A DNA stretch of 63,166 nucleotides, the filler included, from an uncultured Synergistales bacterium (GTDB lineage Bacteria > Synergistota > Synergistia > Synergistales > Aminobacteriaceae): the NCBI GenBank assembly GCA_937897575.1. It is 8 parts of 8 records of this genome, joined end to end, with 100 filler letters (N's around TTAATTAATTAA, not from the genome) between each part and the next. Parts side by side here need not be neighbours in the genome. Positions count along the whole stretch, not along the records: positions 31,225 to 52,909 come from CALCQG010000013.1; 7 more parts are not named here. One strand, 5' to 3'. The first letter of the stretch is position 1. Every line of letters begins with the position of its first letter. Below the pieces are notes generated by a model. That model was not told where the DNA came from and ran no database searches. It saw only the letters and a program-made list of their open reading frames with translations. The position numbers were made by a program, and so were the translations under genes. Shown one piece after another: positions 37,980 through 47,827 of the stretch.

Positions 37980-39877
37980 CGGTACCCTCCCATGGCCTCC
38001 ACGTCGCTCCTCCATGCCTTATCCTCCAGGGCGGACAGGAGGGCCCGCATCCCCGGGTGCCCATCGTGGCTCGCCCGGTACACCAGCTCGTAGGGCTCCT
38101 CGCAGAGCGGAAGGAAGTCGAGGTGGAGCGCGTCCGCCACCGACTTGATCCCGAGCGCCACATCGGCGAAGCCCAGGGCGACCTTGTTGGCCGCGTCGAA
38201 ATGGGTCACGCTCTGGTTGTCATACCCCTGGACCTCCCCGGGCTCGACGCCCTCCTCCATCAGCAGGACATCGAGCAGGACTCTCGTGCCCGCCCCCGTC
38301 TGGCGGTTCACGAGCGACACGTCGGGGCGCCTCAGGTCCCCGACGGATCGGATACTCTTGGGATTGCCCCGCCGGAGGATCATGCCCTGCTGCCGGAAGA
38401 AGATCAGCCGCCGCACGATGTCCCCGTCTCCCCCGAAGAACTCCTCGAGGTAGGGCGTGTTGTAGGTCCCCGTCCCGGGGTGCAGCAGGTGGCAGGCCGT
38501 CAGATGGCAGTCGCCCCGGGCGAGGGCAGCCAGGCCTCCAAGGCTTCCGATGGACCGCAGCACGATATCGCCGCCCTGTCTCCGCACGCTGGTGGCGATC
38601 CGTTCGAGGGCCGGATCGTTCGAGCCCTGAAACAGGATTCGGTTCCCCCACGGAACGTCCCGGACCATCCAGGCCTCGATGGACGACCCGCGGGGTAGCT
38701 CGGCGGCGGCCGAGGGGAGCAGGGCGACGGCGTCCATCTCCGAGAAGGACCAGAGAGAGCTCGCCCCCGAGGGGAGAGGGTAGGCCTTCCGGACGCCCTC
38801 CAGCTCCGCGCACTTGAGGCGGACCCACTCCTCCCGGCCGTGGGAGGACGAATAGGGGCTCATGAGCATGAGCTCCTCGGTGCCCAAGGCTCCGATGGCC
38901 TGGGGGAAGACCGTTTTTTCGTCGAAGCCGCCGCGGCTGAGGAGCTGGAGGATCGGGTAGACGATGGACCAGAGGATGACGGCGTTGGACATGGGGAACC
39001 CGGGAAGATTGACGGCCACGGTCCTTCCCAGGAGAGCCGCCGATGCCGGGCGACCCGGCTTCATGAGAAGCCATCGGAACAAGGGCTCGCCCATGCGCTC
39101 GAAGAGCGAGAAGGTATGGTCTCGCTCGCCCTTGGCCGATCCGGCGCACAGCAGGATGAGGTCGTACCTGTCCCGATGCTCCTGCAGAAAGGACGCCATC
39201 CGGTCGGGGTCGTCTGGAAGACAGGGGGCTACGTCCACGGGGAAACCCCATTGTGAGAAATACCCCGTGACGAGCAGCGAGTTCGTCTCGCCTACCTGCC
39301 CCGGCTGCCGGACCTCCGCGCGGAGCCACTCCTCCAGCGGGACGATTTCATCGCCCGTCGGGATGTAGAGGGTCCTCGGCCGCCGGGCCACCTGCACCTC
39401 GGAGAGGCCCGCAAGGGCGATGAGGGCCGAGAGCGGCGGAGTAACGACCTCACCCCGCCGGGCGATGATCTGCCCCTTCACCACATCCTCGCCCAGGGGA
39501 CGGACGTGCTCCCCGGCGACGAGTGGTCGGACGACCGAGAGGATGCGGCGCTCCCGGTTCAATGCCGTATCCTCCACCATGACGACGGCGTCGAACTGGG
39601 CTGGGACCTCGTTCCCCGTGTTCACCCACTGAAAGGCCTCCTTATCGAGAAGGACCGGCGACGACGGCGAAGCGCCAGCCGTCCGCGACGAACAGACGGC
39701 ATATCCGTCCATGGCGGATCCGTTGTAGTGGGGCACGTTCCGTTCGGACAGCAGGTCCTCGGCGAGGGTCCGGCCCAGAGCCTCCTGAACGGCACAGGTC
39801 TCGGGGGGCAGCAGAGGACATCGCGCCCTCAGAATCTCCCAGGCCCGCTCGAGGGCGATGTGCATGTTCTCCTTCAC
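37967..39877 (-). CDS. moeA: Molybdopterin molybdotransferase MoeA fused to a periplasmic-binding-protein (PBP) domain
   Basis: SAMDGYAV, PTGDE, KPGRP, LPGFP, then GSLGGL and NRQTGAGTR. Confidence 0.9.
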   Translation of the reverse strand: MKENMHIALERAWEILRARCPLLPPETCAVQEALGRTLAEDLLSERNVPHYNGSAMDGYAVCSSRTAGASPSSPVLLDKEAFQWVNTGNEVPAQFDAVVMVEDTALNRERRILSVVRPLVAGEHVRPLGEDVVKGQIIARRGEVVTPPLSALIALAGLSEVQVARRPRTLYIPTGDEIVPLEEWLRAEVRQPGQVGETNSLLVTGYFSQWGFPVDVAPCLPDDPDRMASFLQEHRDRYDLILLCAGSAKGERDHTFSLFERMGEPLFRWLLMKPGRPASAALLGRTVAVNLPGFPMSNAVILWSIVYPILQLLSRGGFDEKTVFPQAIGALGTEELMLMSPYSSSHGREEWVRLKCAELEGVRKAYPLPSGASSLWSFSEMDAVALLPSAAAELPRGSSIEAWMVRDVPWGNRILFQGSNDPALERIATSVRRQGGDIVLRSIGSLGGLAALARGDCHLTACHLLHPGTGTYNTPYLEEFFGGDGDIVRRLIFFRQQGMILRRGNPKSIRSVGDLRRPDVSLVNRQTGAGTRVLLDVLLMEEGVEPGEVQGYDNQSVTHFDAANKVALGFADVALGIKSVADALHLDFLPLCEEPYELVYRASHDGHPGMRALLSALEDKAWRSDVEAMGGYRWPA

Positions 39878-41106
39878 CAGAGCCACAGCTCCACCTCCTC
39901 GCCCGCCCGCACCGTCTCCTGGGAGGCAGGGAGCCTGCAGAGCCCATGGGCATGGGTCAGAGCACCGGCGAAACCGGACTTCACCGGAAGAGGCACGACT
40001 CGCCCCTTCTCGATGCGCCCCGGGGTGAACTCCTCCACGCCCGCCTGGGCGAAGATGGTCTCGGCGGCGGGCAGGTGCACGGACGTCCAGGTCCCCTCGG
40101 CTGAACCCCAGATCATGGCGTTCAACAGGGGCAGCGCCACGGCGTACCATGAGACGAAACAGGAGAAGGGGTGCCCCGGCAGACCGAACAGAAGCTTCCG
40201 CTCCCGTGCCATGCCGGCGATGAGCGTGGGCTTGCCGGGCGACATGAGGATGCCCCGCACGAGAAGCCCCGGCGCGGGCAGCTCCTCCATAATGGAGGAG
40301 CTGTGGTCCCTCATGCTCACCGACGACTCCCCGCTGACCAGCACCACGTCGCACTCGTCCATGGCCCGGAAGAGGACGGAACGCAGCGACTCGCGGTCGT
40401 CCCCGGCGATGCCGAAGAACCGCGAGGTGTAGCCCTCCTCGCGAAGGGAGGATGCCAGAAGGACGCTGTTCACGTCGCGAAACTGCCCCGGGCGAAGGCG
40501 GGCCGTCCCGGCAGGGACGATCTCGTCCCCGGTGCTGACGATGCCCACGGTGATGTCGGGGAGCGGGACGCTCCCGATGCCCGCCATGGCCAGCAGGCCG
40601 AGGGTGCGGAAATCGAGCCTTCGCCCGGCGGGCAGGAGCACGTCGCCGGCGCGGAACTCCTCGCCCGCCGACAGGACGTTCTCCATTCGCTGGACGGCGC
40701 GCCGGATCTCGAGCCACCCCTTCGTCGCCTCGGCGTCCTCCGTCATCACGACGGCGTCCGCCCCTGAGGGCAGGATCCCCCCCGTATGAATGAGAGCGCA
40801 CTCCGTGCTCCCCAGTGCAAAGGTCGGGAGACGGCCCATAACGACCTCCCCAGCCTCTCTCAGAAAGACCGGGTTCGCCGGTGTCGCACCGTGGCTGTCC
40901 ACGCTCCGGACAGCGTATCCGTCTCTCGTGCTTCGATCGTAGGGGGGGAAGTCCTCGGGGGCGATGATCGGACGCATAATCCGGCGACCCGCCGCCTCTT
41001 CGAAGGGCAGAGTCCGTTCCCCGAAGGCCCACGGAAAGGCAAGGGCGCGCGAAACGGCGGCGATTCCTTCCTCACGGGGCGTCAGGTCCTGCAGGACACC
41101 GGCCAC
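39874..41106 (-). CDS. moeA: Molybdopterin molybdotransferase
   Basis: STRDGYAV, STGDE, PGKP, LPGHP. Confidence 0.9.
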   Translation of the reverse strand: MAGVLQDLTPREEGIAAVSRALAFPWAFGERTLPFEEAAGRRIMRPIIAPEDFPPYDRSTRDGYAVRSVDSHGATPANPVFLREAGEVVMGRLPTFALGSTECALIHTGGILPSGADAVVMTEDAEATKGWLEIRRAVQRMENVLSAGEEFRAGDVLLPAGRRLDFRTLGLLAMAGIGSVPLPDITVGIVSTGDEIVPAGTARLRPGQFRDVNSVLLASSLREEGYTSRFFGIAGDDRESLRSVLFRAMDECDVVLVSGESSVSMRDHSSSIMEELPAPGLLVRGILMSPGKPTLIAGMARERKLLFGLPGHPFSCFVSWYAVALPLLNAMIWGSAEGTWTSVHLPAAETIFAQAGVEEFTPGRIEKGRVVPLPVKSGFAGALTHAHGLCRLPASQETVRAGEEVELWLW

Positions 41107-41122
41107 GTCGCTCTCTCCTCCG

Positions 41123-41860
41123 TCAGCGCATTCGGACCGCCACGACAGGGAACCCGGCGCCTGAGAGCTTCTTTGAAAGGGCATCAGCATCGGACTGGCT
41201 CATTCCCGCGGGGACGGTCACCCGATAGAAGGTCCTGCCGCTCACCTGCGCCGAGGTGATGACAGCCGAATAGCCCGCCTTCTTCGCCTGAGCGCTCACC
41301 TCTTCGGCGCCGCTCCGGTTCGTGAAGGAACCGATCTGCACACCCCAGGTGCTCGTGGAGGCGGACGGCGCTTTCGTCGTCGGAGGCGCCTTGGGCGCTG
41401 CGGTCGTCGCGCTCGGCTTGGCGGCGGGGGGCGGCGATGGTTTCTTTGGTGCGGCGACGGGGGCCGCCTTGGGTTGCGCTTTGGGTGTCGCCGCCGTCCG
41501 CACAGGCTCCGTCTTCTTCTGGGCCGCGGGCTGGACAGGGGCGGGGGCTTTTTCCGAGGAGCCGACGGGAACGGCCAGGACGCTGGGCGTCCCTTTGCCA
41601 GCTCCGTTCGAGGGCGCCTGGGGTGTCTCGCGATCGATCGTCGGAGGCGTCTGATTCACTCCCGCTCCATCCGTCTGCGCGACCTGCCGGGGCGCAGGGG
41701 ACGGGACGGAGGCCCGGGTCGGCGTGCCGGACAGGAAGAACAGCTTTATCCCGACAAGAAGAAGCCCCACGGCCACAAGGCCTATGATCGGCAGCATGAT
41801 ATCCCCGAAAGGGAGCATGAAACGCCTCTCCTTCATCCTTTTGCTCTCTCTGATGGACAT
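41123..41860 (-). CDS. SPOR-domain (FtsN/DedD-like) protein
   Basis: N-terminal TM, Pro/Ala/Lys linker, WGVQIGSF and FYRV. Confidence 0.85.
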   Translation of the reverse strand: MSIRESKRMKERRFMLPFGDIMLPIIGLVAVGLLLVGIKLFFLSGTPTRASVPSPAPRQVAQTDGAGVNQTPPTIDRETPQAPSNGAGKGTPSVLAVPVGSSEKAPAPVQPAAQKKTEPVRTAATPKAQPKAAPVAAPKKPSPPPAAKPSATTAAPKAPPTTKAPSASTSTWGVQIGSFTNRSGAEEVSAQAKKAGYSAVITSAQVSGRTFYRVTVPAGMSQSDADALSKKLSGAGFPVVAVRMR

Positions 41861-41892
41861 TCCGGTGCACTCCCCCTCTCTTCCGGCTCCCT

Positions 41893-41937
41893 CGACGCGT
41901 CAGGCAGGAACCGGTGCGATTCCTGCCTGACGCGTCG
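41893..41937. repeat. 18-bp perfect inverted repeat between ftsZ and the SPOR gene
   Basis: CGACGCGTCAGGCAGGAA-9 nt-TTCCTGCCTGACGCGTCG. Confidence 0.8.
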
Positions 41938-41981
41938 CTGCACACGTACGACAATCCTCTGACTCAGACACGTTCCGGGAG

Positions 41982-43145
41982 CTACTTCCCGCCCTTCTGA
42001 CTCTTCCGTATGATGGACGGAATGTCGTAGGGATTTTTGGGAACGCCCGTCACAGTGAAGAGATCCTCGTCCTGGGGCTGAGGGGATACGCTCTCCGTCT
42101 CCTCGAGGACGACTCCGGCGCTCTTGCTCCGCGGTGCGGCCTTCGAGAAGTTCGTCGTCGTGCTCGCCCTCTTCTCCCGTTCCGAGGAAAAGCCCGTGGC
42201 GATCACCGTGATCATGAGTTTATCGGTCATGTCCTCGTTGACGGTGTGCCCCCAGATGACCAGAGCGTCCTCGTCCGCCGTCTCCGTTATGATCTGCGCC
42301 GCCTTCCGTATCTCGTGCATGCCGAGGTCCGAACCGCCGGTGATGTTGAAGAGGATGCCCTTCGCCCCCTTCATGGGGATGGACATAAGGGGCGACTTGA
42401 TGGCCGTCTTGGCCGCATTTTCCGCCCTGTTCTCGCCCTCGCCGACTCCGATGCCCATAATGGCCGACCCGGCATTCTGCATGACCATCCGAACGTCGGC
42501 GAAGTCCACGTTGATCAGGCTCGGATAGAGGATGAGGTCCGTCACACCCTGCACGGCCTGTCTGAGGACTTCATCCGCAAGCCGGTAGGCATCGGCGTGC
42601 TTCGTCTTTTCGTCCGTCAGCTCCAGAAGGCGGTCGTTCTCCACGACGATCAGGGCGTCCACCTTCTCCTTCAGGGCGGCGATTCCCGCCATGGCCTGCT
42701 TTCTGCGGCGGTTCATCTCGAAGGAGAAGGGGAAGGTCACGACGGCGACCACAAGGGCTCCGGCCTCTTTGGCGGCCTCGGCGATGATGGGCGATGCGCC
42801 CGTCCCGGTCCCGCCGCCCATGCCGGCGGTGATGAAGACCATGTCGGCCCCGGTGACGACCTCCTTGATCTTGTCCAGCGTCTCCTTGGCGCTGTTCATG
42901 CCGATGTCGGGGTTTGAGCCGGCGCCCAATCCCTTCGTCAGCTTCTCCCCCAGGGTGATCTTCGTCGTCGCCTCGGAGAGCTGAAGGGACCCGATGTCCG
43001 TGTTCGCGGCGATGAAGTGGACGCCCGATATCCCGCTTCGGATGATGTGATTCAGGGCATTTCCGCCGCCTCCGCCGACGCCTATGACCTTGATCTCCTC
43101 CCTGTGCGGCCTGGGACTCTCATTTACCTGGAATGCATGCTCCAT
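41982..43145 (-). CDS. ftsZ: Cell division protein FtsZ
   Basis: GVGGGGGN, GMGGGTGTG, INVDFAD, C-terminal DIPSIIR. Confidence 0.97.
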   Translation of the reverse strand: MEHAFQVNESPRPHREEIKVIGVGGGGGNALNHIIRSGISGVHFIAANTDIGSLQLSEATTKITLGEKLTKGLGAGSNPDIGMNSAKETLDKIKEVVTGADMVFITAGMGGGTGTGASPIIAEAAKEAGALVVAVVTFPFSFEMNRRRKQAMAGIAALKEKVDALIVVENDRLLELTDEKTKHADAYRLADEVLRQAVQGVTDLILYPSLINVDFADVRMVMQNAGSAIMGIGVGEGENRAENAAKTAIKSPLMSIPMKGAKGILFNITGGSDLGMHEIRKAAQIITETADEDALVIWGHTVNEDMTDKLMITVIATGFSSEREKRASTTTNFSKAAPRSKSAGVVLEETESVSPQPQDEDLFTVTGVPKNPYDIPSIIRKSQKGGK

Positions 43146-43179
43146 GTCCTTCTCCTCCCCAAATCCTGAATGCGGCGCT

Positions 43180-44490
43180 TCAGAAGAGCTCTTTCACGGA
43201 CTTCTTGATATACTCCAGCAGACCTCTCACGCTCCGGACGCTTCCTCCGTCGTTTCTCTTGGCCGATTTCCCGACAGCCGGCTGAGCCAGGGAGGACACC
43301 CCCGATCGAAGCTGGGACACGGGGGCCTCGATGAAGCGGTAGGGATTTCGCTCCTTGCTGCTCATGTATCGCACGATGCCCGCAGCGGTGGCATATTCGC
43401 AGTCGTTTCGCCCGGGGGGCATCTGGTACATATCCAGCGGATCGGCGATCCGGACGGGGACGTTGAGCACCTCCGACGCGAAGAAATCGATCCCCGGCGT
43501 CTTCGCCACTCCTCCCGAGAGGACGGCCCCCGCGGGGAACATGTGCATCTTGTACTCGGCAAGCTGGTTCATGACGTGCTCGCCGAAGAGCTCCTCAAGA
43601 CGGCAACGGACGACGTCCACCGCCTCCTGAACGTTGAAGGTCACGGTCCGGCCGCGCACGTCCACGTCAAGCTCCTGCTCCTCCTCGGCGGGCAGCAGGG
43701 ACACCATCTTCTTGATCTCCTCGGCCTTGCTGATGGGGATCTTCATGACGTAGGCCAGGTCGTTCGTGATGTGGTCTCCACCGATGGGGACGACGGAGAG
43801 CTTCACGGGACGGCCGTCCGTGTACATGGCCACGCCCGTGGTGCCTCCCCCGATGCAGAGCGAGATGACGCCCGCCCTCGTCTCCTCGTCCGTGAGGGCG
43901 CCGAGGGCGCTGGCGAGGGACTTCACCACAAGCCCGTTCACGGCCACCCCGGCGCTCTCCACGCAGTTGATGATGTTCTGCACCACCGTCGTCGGAATGA
44001 TCACCGACTGGAGCTCCATCTCGAGACGGATGCCCGTCATGCCGAGGGGGTCGTCGATTCCGGAGTTTCCGTCGATGGAGTATTTGACGGGGATCGTGTG
44101 CAGGGTGACTCTGTTGGAGGGTATGGAGAGCTCGCTCTGGGCAGCCTCGATCACCCGCTCCACATCGGCGATGGAGACCTGCCGGGGCGTTCTGCCCAGG
44201 GAGATCATCCCCCGGGACATGACCGACGTGACATCCATCCCGCTGAAGGAGACCGTGGCCTCCGAAATCTGAAAACCGACCATGTTCTCGGCGTCCCGCA
44301 CCGCCTGCCGGACGGACCGCACCGCCTGCTCCAGATTGATGATAAGCCCTTTTCGTATTCCCTGGGACGGGGCGTATCCGACCCCGATAATCTGCGGCTC
44401 CTGGAAACGGGAATCTCGTTCCGCGACCACCACGGCGGTCTTGCTCGTACCGAGATCCAGCCCTACGAGAATTTCCGGCTCTTTATACAC
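43180..44490 (-). CDS. ftsA: Cell division protein FtsA
   Basis: GLDLGTSK, IGGGTT, GGDHITND. Confidence 0.95.
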   Translation of the reverse strand: MYKEPEILVGLDLGTSKTAVVVAERDSRFQEPQIIGVGYAPSQGIRKGLIINLEQAVRSVRQAVRDAENMVGFQISEATVSFSGMDVTSVMSRGMISLGRTPRQVSIADVERVIEAAQSELSIPSNRVTLHTIPVKYSIDGNSGIDDPLGMTGIRLEMELQSVIIPTTVVQNIINCVESAGVAVNGLVVKSLASALGALTDEETRAGVISLCIGGGTTGVAMYTDGRPVKLSVVPIGGDHITNDLAYVMKIPISKAEEIKKMVSLLPAEEEQELDVDVRGRTVTFNVQEAVDVVRCRLEELFGEHVMNQLAEYKMHMFPAGAVLSGGVAKTPGIDFFASEVLNVPVRIADPLDMYQMPPGRNDCEYATAAGIVRYMSSKERNPYRFIEAPVSQLRSGVSSLAQPAVGKSAKRNDGGSVRSVRGLLEYIKKSVKELF

Positions 44491-45294
44491 CTATCTCCCG
44501 CTCCCTTCTGCTCCACCCCTCGACACACGCCGAACGATGATTCGATCCGTATACGTAGTATCTATTATAAGGTCTTCGCCTGAAAAATGGAACTCGTTCA
44601 GAATCTGCGAGACCGCCTCGGCATACTCGCGCCACTTATCCTGGTCGCCCCGGACGAGCAGGCGGATGTTCCACTCCTTTATCCTGAGGACCAGCTCAAG
44701 GAGCGGGTGTCCGGCCCTCCGCGTCACGTACACGCTTTTTGCGGCGCCCATCCAACCGCTCTTCGCCAGCCCATCCAGCCATGCCATGTAGGACTCCACA
44801 GGCAGATCCGCGCTGGACACCACCTCTCCCTCGGCGGGCGTGCCCCGGGGGGAAGGAAGATCGTCGGACATGATGAAGAGGGGGCTCTTGGGGGGCTGTA
44901 TGCCTGTAAGGACGGCGTTCAGGGGGTGGTCCCTCTCCCAGAGCTTCCCCTCCCTGGTGAGGTAGAACTGTTTCTTGCGCCACTCAATGGACAGCCGGGG
45001 CACCAGAGGCTGCAACAGCACCGCCGCCCCGTTCACGCCCCTTCTCTGCACCGAGAACGCCAGCGGATACGAACTTTCAATTTTCCTCTTCAGATCCTCC
45101 GAGCGGAGGAAGAAGAGCGGCCAGTATCTCAGCGTCTCGGGATCGGTGTTCCTCCAGAAAAAGGACTCCGCTGCGGGGTCCTGCGCGACGATATCTGGCC
45201 CATCGAGGGTCATCGGCTGGAAAAACTGCTCTCCTGCGAAGAGGCCTCCCGCCAAGAAGGAGCAGAGAAGAAGGGACAGGGACAAGACCTTCAT
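44491..45294 (-). CDS. Divergent FtsQ/DivIB-like protein
   Basis: Position between murC and ftsA, N-terminal hydrophobic anchor, C-terminal ID..Y.DRII. Confidence 0.55.
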   Translation of the reverse strand: MKVLSLSLLLCSFLAGGLFAGEQFFQPMTLDGPDIVAQDPAAESFFWRNTDPETLRYWPLFFLRSEDLKRKIESSYPLAFSVQRRGVNGAAVLLQPLVPRLSIEWRKKQFYLTREGKLWERDHPLNAVLTGIQPPKSPLFIMSDDLPSPRGTPAEGEVVSSADLPVESYMAWLDGLAKSGWMGAAKSVYVTRRAGHPLLELVLRIKEWNIRLLVRGDQDKWREYAEAVSQILNEFHFSGEDLIIDTTYTDRIIVRRVSRGGAEGSGR

Positions 45295-45336
45295 GGACGC
45301 GCACTCTCCCCGCACCCTCCCGAGAAGGCGCGGACG

Positions 45337-46758
45337 TCAGATATGGAGCGCCAGCGAACGCATCTTCTGCAGGAACATGTCCCCCACATTGGAAACGTCC
45401 CCCGCTCCTATGGTCAGGACGATGTCCCCCTCCGTGCAGTACTGCTCGAGCTCCAGGACGGCGTGTTCGAGAGAACGACACTCGATGCACACCACGTTTG
45501 CGTCTCTTTGCAGAATCTGCGCTATCATCCCCGACGAGACCCCCTCGATGGGGTCCTCATCCGCCCTGTAGACGGGGAGCAGAAAGACCGTCGGGGCGTC
45601 GGAGAGGACCTGGGCGAACTCCCTGTACAGCGCAAGGGTTCTCGTGAACCGATGAGGCTGGAAGGCGACGAGGACACGCCGCTCGGGGTACATTCTGTTC
45701 AGGGCCTCCAGGGTCGCCGCAATCTCTCGGGGGTGGTGGCCGTAGTCGTCGTAGACATCCACGCCGTGGGCGTTGCCTATGTACTGGAGCCGCCTTTTGG
45801 CGCCCCTGAAGTCCTTGAGGACCCGCCGTACGACGGGAAAAGGGATGCCGACTTTATGCGCCACGGCGCAGGCCGCAAGGGCGTTGAGGATGTTGTGGTT
45901 CCCCGAGACGGACAGTTCGAGGTCGGCCACGACGTGGCCGTGGTGAACCAACGAGAAGGAGACGCCGCCCCCATGATTGTGCTGGACGTCGACGGCTCCC
46001 CACGTCCAGCCGCGCCCCCAGCCGTAGGTCTCCGCCTCGCGGGGCAGGGGAGCCCTCGCCATGATCCGTCCGAGCCCCATATCTTCGCCGCAGAGGACGA
46101 GGAGCCCGTCCTCCTTCGCGTTCGCGATGAAACGGGAGAAGGCCTCGAGGACGCTCTCGAACGTCGGATAGTGGTTGACATGGTCCCAATCCACATTGGT
46201 CACGACGGCGATGTTCGGGTGAAACTTTTCGAAGGAGCCGTCGCTCTCGTCGAGCTCGGCCACCATGTGACGGCCGTCTCCGAGTTTCGCGTTGACCCCT
46301 ATGTCACAGAGCTCCCCGCCGATCGCGAGGGTCGGATGAAGCCCGGCCTGTTCGAAGATCAGGCCGATCATCGAGGAGGTGGTCGTCTTGCCGTGGGTTC
46401 CCGCCACGCCGATGCCGAAGCGGGAGTCGAAAATCCAGCTCAGGACCTCTCCGCGATGGGCCACGGGGATGCCCTGCTCCCGCGCCGCCTGCAGTTCAAT
46501 GTTGTCCTCGGCGATGGCGGTGCTGTAGACGAGAAGGTCCGGGACGAACTTGTCCATGTGGGCACGGCTGTGCCCCAGAACGACGGCTATCTCCTCCTTG
46601 AGGACTTTGTCCACATAGGACGTATGGTTCATGTCGCATCCGCTGACCTCGTATCCCAGCTCCGCGAGTAAAAGGGCCAGTCCGCTCATCCCAGCTCCAC
46701 CGATGCCCATAAGATGAATCCGACGTATTCCGTTCAGGTTCGATAGTGGACTATTCAC
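45337..46758 (-). CDS. murC: UDP-N-acetylmuramate--L-alanine ligase
   Basis: GIGGAGMS, GTHGKTTT, DESD, DDYGHHP, FQPHR. Confidence 0.96.
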   Translation of the reverse strand: MNSPLSNLNGIRRIHLMGIGGAGMSGLALLLAELGYEVSGCDMNHTSYVDKVLKEEIAVVLGHSRAHMDKFVPDLLVYSTAIAEDNIELQAAREQGIPVAHRGEVLSWIFDSRFGIGVAGTHGKTTTSSMIGLIFEQAGLHPTLAIGGELCDIGVNAKLGDGRHMVAELDESDGSFEKFHPNIAVVTNVDWDHVNHYPTFESVLEAFSRFIANAKEDGLLVLCGEDMGLGRIMARAPLPREAETYGWGRGWTWGAVDVQHNHGGGVSFSLVHHGHVVADLELSVSGNHNILNALAACAVAHKVGIPFPVVRRVLKDFRGAKRRLQYIGNAHGVDVYDDYGHHPREIAATLEALNRMYPERRVLVAFQPHRFTRTLALYREFAQVLSDAPTVFLLPVYRADEDPIEGVSSGMIAQILQRDANVVCIECRSLEHAVLELEQYCTEGDIVLTIGAGDVSNVGDMFLQKMRSLALHI

Positions 46759-47827
46759 GCTCGGTTCTCTCCCTTCCGATATGGGACGAGATCAGCCGCC
46801 ATAAACGTTCAGACTCATCTTCCCCTGTCCGCCTTCGCGTTCGAGGGGGGGTACTCTGTATAACACCCAGAACTTTTTTCTTCAGAAGCTCCGTTGAATC
46901 GCCCTCGTTCCAAAGAGCGCCGCCGTTTTCCCGCATAAAGAGCCTGGCGTTGTTTTCCTGATGGTTGTCGCTCGCCTGCGGCCACGGCACCACTACCGAG
47001 GGGATACCCCATGCAGCCAGTTCAAAAAGCGTCGAGGCTCCTCCCCGGGTGATGGCCATATGAAGCAGGGAATACAGGTTCGCCATATTCCACTGCCTGC
47101 CAAGATAGAGAAGGTTGTCGGTCTCCTCTTCATCGGCTGGTTTTTCGCCGAGCACAAGGAAGAGGTATTGCCGCATCTCCTCGTCCCGGGCCATGTATCG
47201 TAGTAATTGTATCAGGGGTTCGCTCATAAGGGAACCTCCGAGAATTCCGATCATTTTCCTGTCGGGAGGGCTCCCTGCGAGCCCCATGGCTTGCCACGCG
47301 CGTCCGCGGTCCACGGGGACGACGAGGCGCACGGGAACACCCGTCGTCCTGTAGGACTCCGGCGCCAGCGGCAGACATTCGCTCCAGCCCGATGCGACGG
47401 TTTTGCCCATCTTCGCCGCCAGCCTCGTGACCTTGCCCGCCACGCTGTTCTGTTCGTGTACCACCACGGGAATCCGGCTGAATGCGCTCACCAGGAGGGG
47501 GATAAAGGAGAGGTAGCCTCCGAAGAGCACGCAGCAGTCCGGGACCTCGGACCGTACATGCCGCCGGAAGAGCCCCAGGGAGCGCCCCATCTCGCCCCAC
47601 CGGCGCATCTTCTGTGAAAAGTCCGGGACGCCGAAGGGCGAACCGCTTATGGGCAGGACGACCGGTTCTACGCCCTGGGAGAAGTAAATCTCCCGCTCCA
47701 GCGAGCGGGAGCCGCATATGAAGGAGACCCGCACCGCCTCATGATGCTCCTGCACCCATCGTCCGAAGGAGATGGCCGGGAAGATATGTCCGCCTGTACC
47801 GCCTGCGACGAGACAGAGGGCGCTCAT
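46751..47827 (-). CDS. murG: Lipid II GlcNAc transferase
   Basis: GGTGGH, HEQN, GGS, RGGAST, HQENNA. Confidence 0.93.
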   Translation of the reverse strand: MSALCLVAGGTGGHIFPAISFGRWVQEHHEAVRVSFICGSRSLEREIYFSQGVEPVVLPISGSPFGVPDFSQKMRRWGEMGRSLGLFRRHVRSEVPDCCVLFGGYLSFIPLLVSAFSRIPVVVHEQNSVAGKVTRLAAKMGKTVASGWSECLPLAPESYRTTGVPVRLVVPVDRGRAWQAMGLAGSPPDRKMIGILGGSLMSEPLIQLLRYMARDEEMRQYLFLVLGEKPADEEETDNLLYLGRQWNMANLYSLLHMAITRGGASTLFELAAWGIPSVVVPWPQASDNHQENNARLFMRENGGALWNEGDSTELLKKKVLGVIQSTPPRTRRRTGEDESERLWRLISSHIGRERTERE

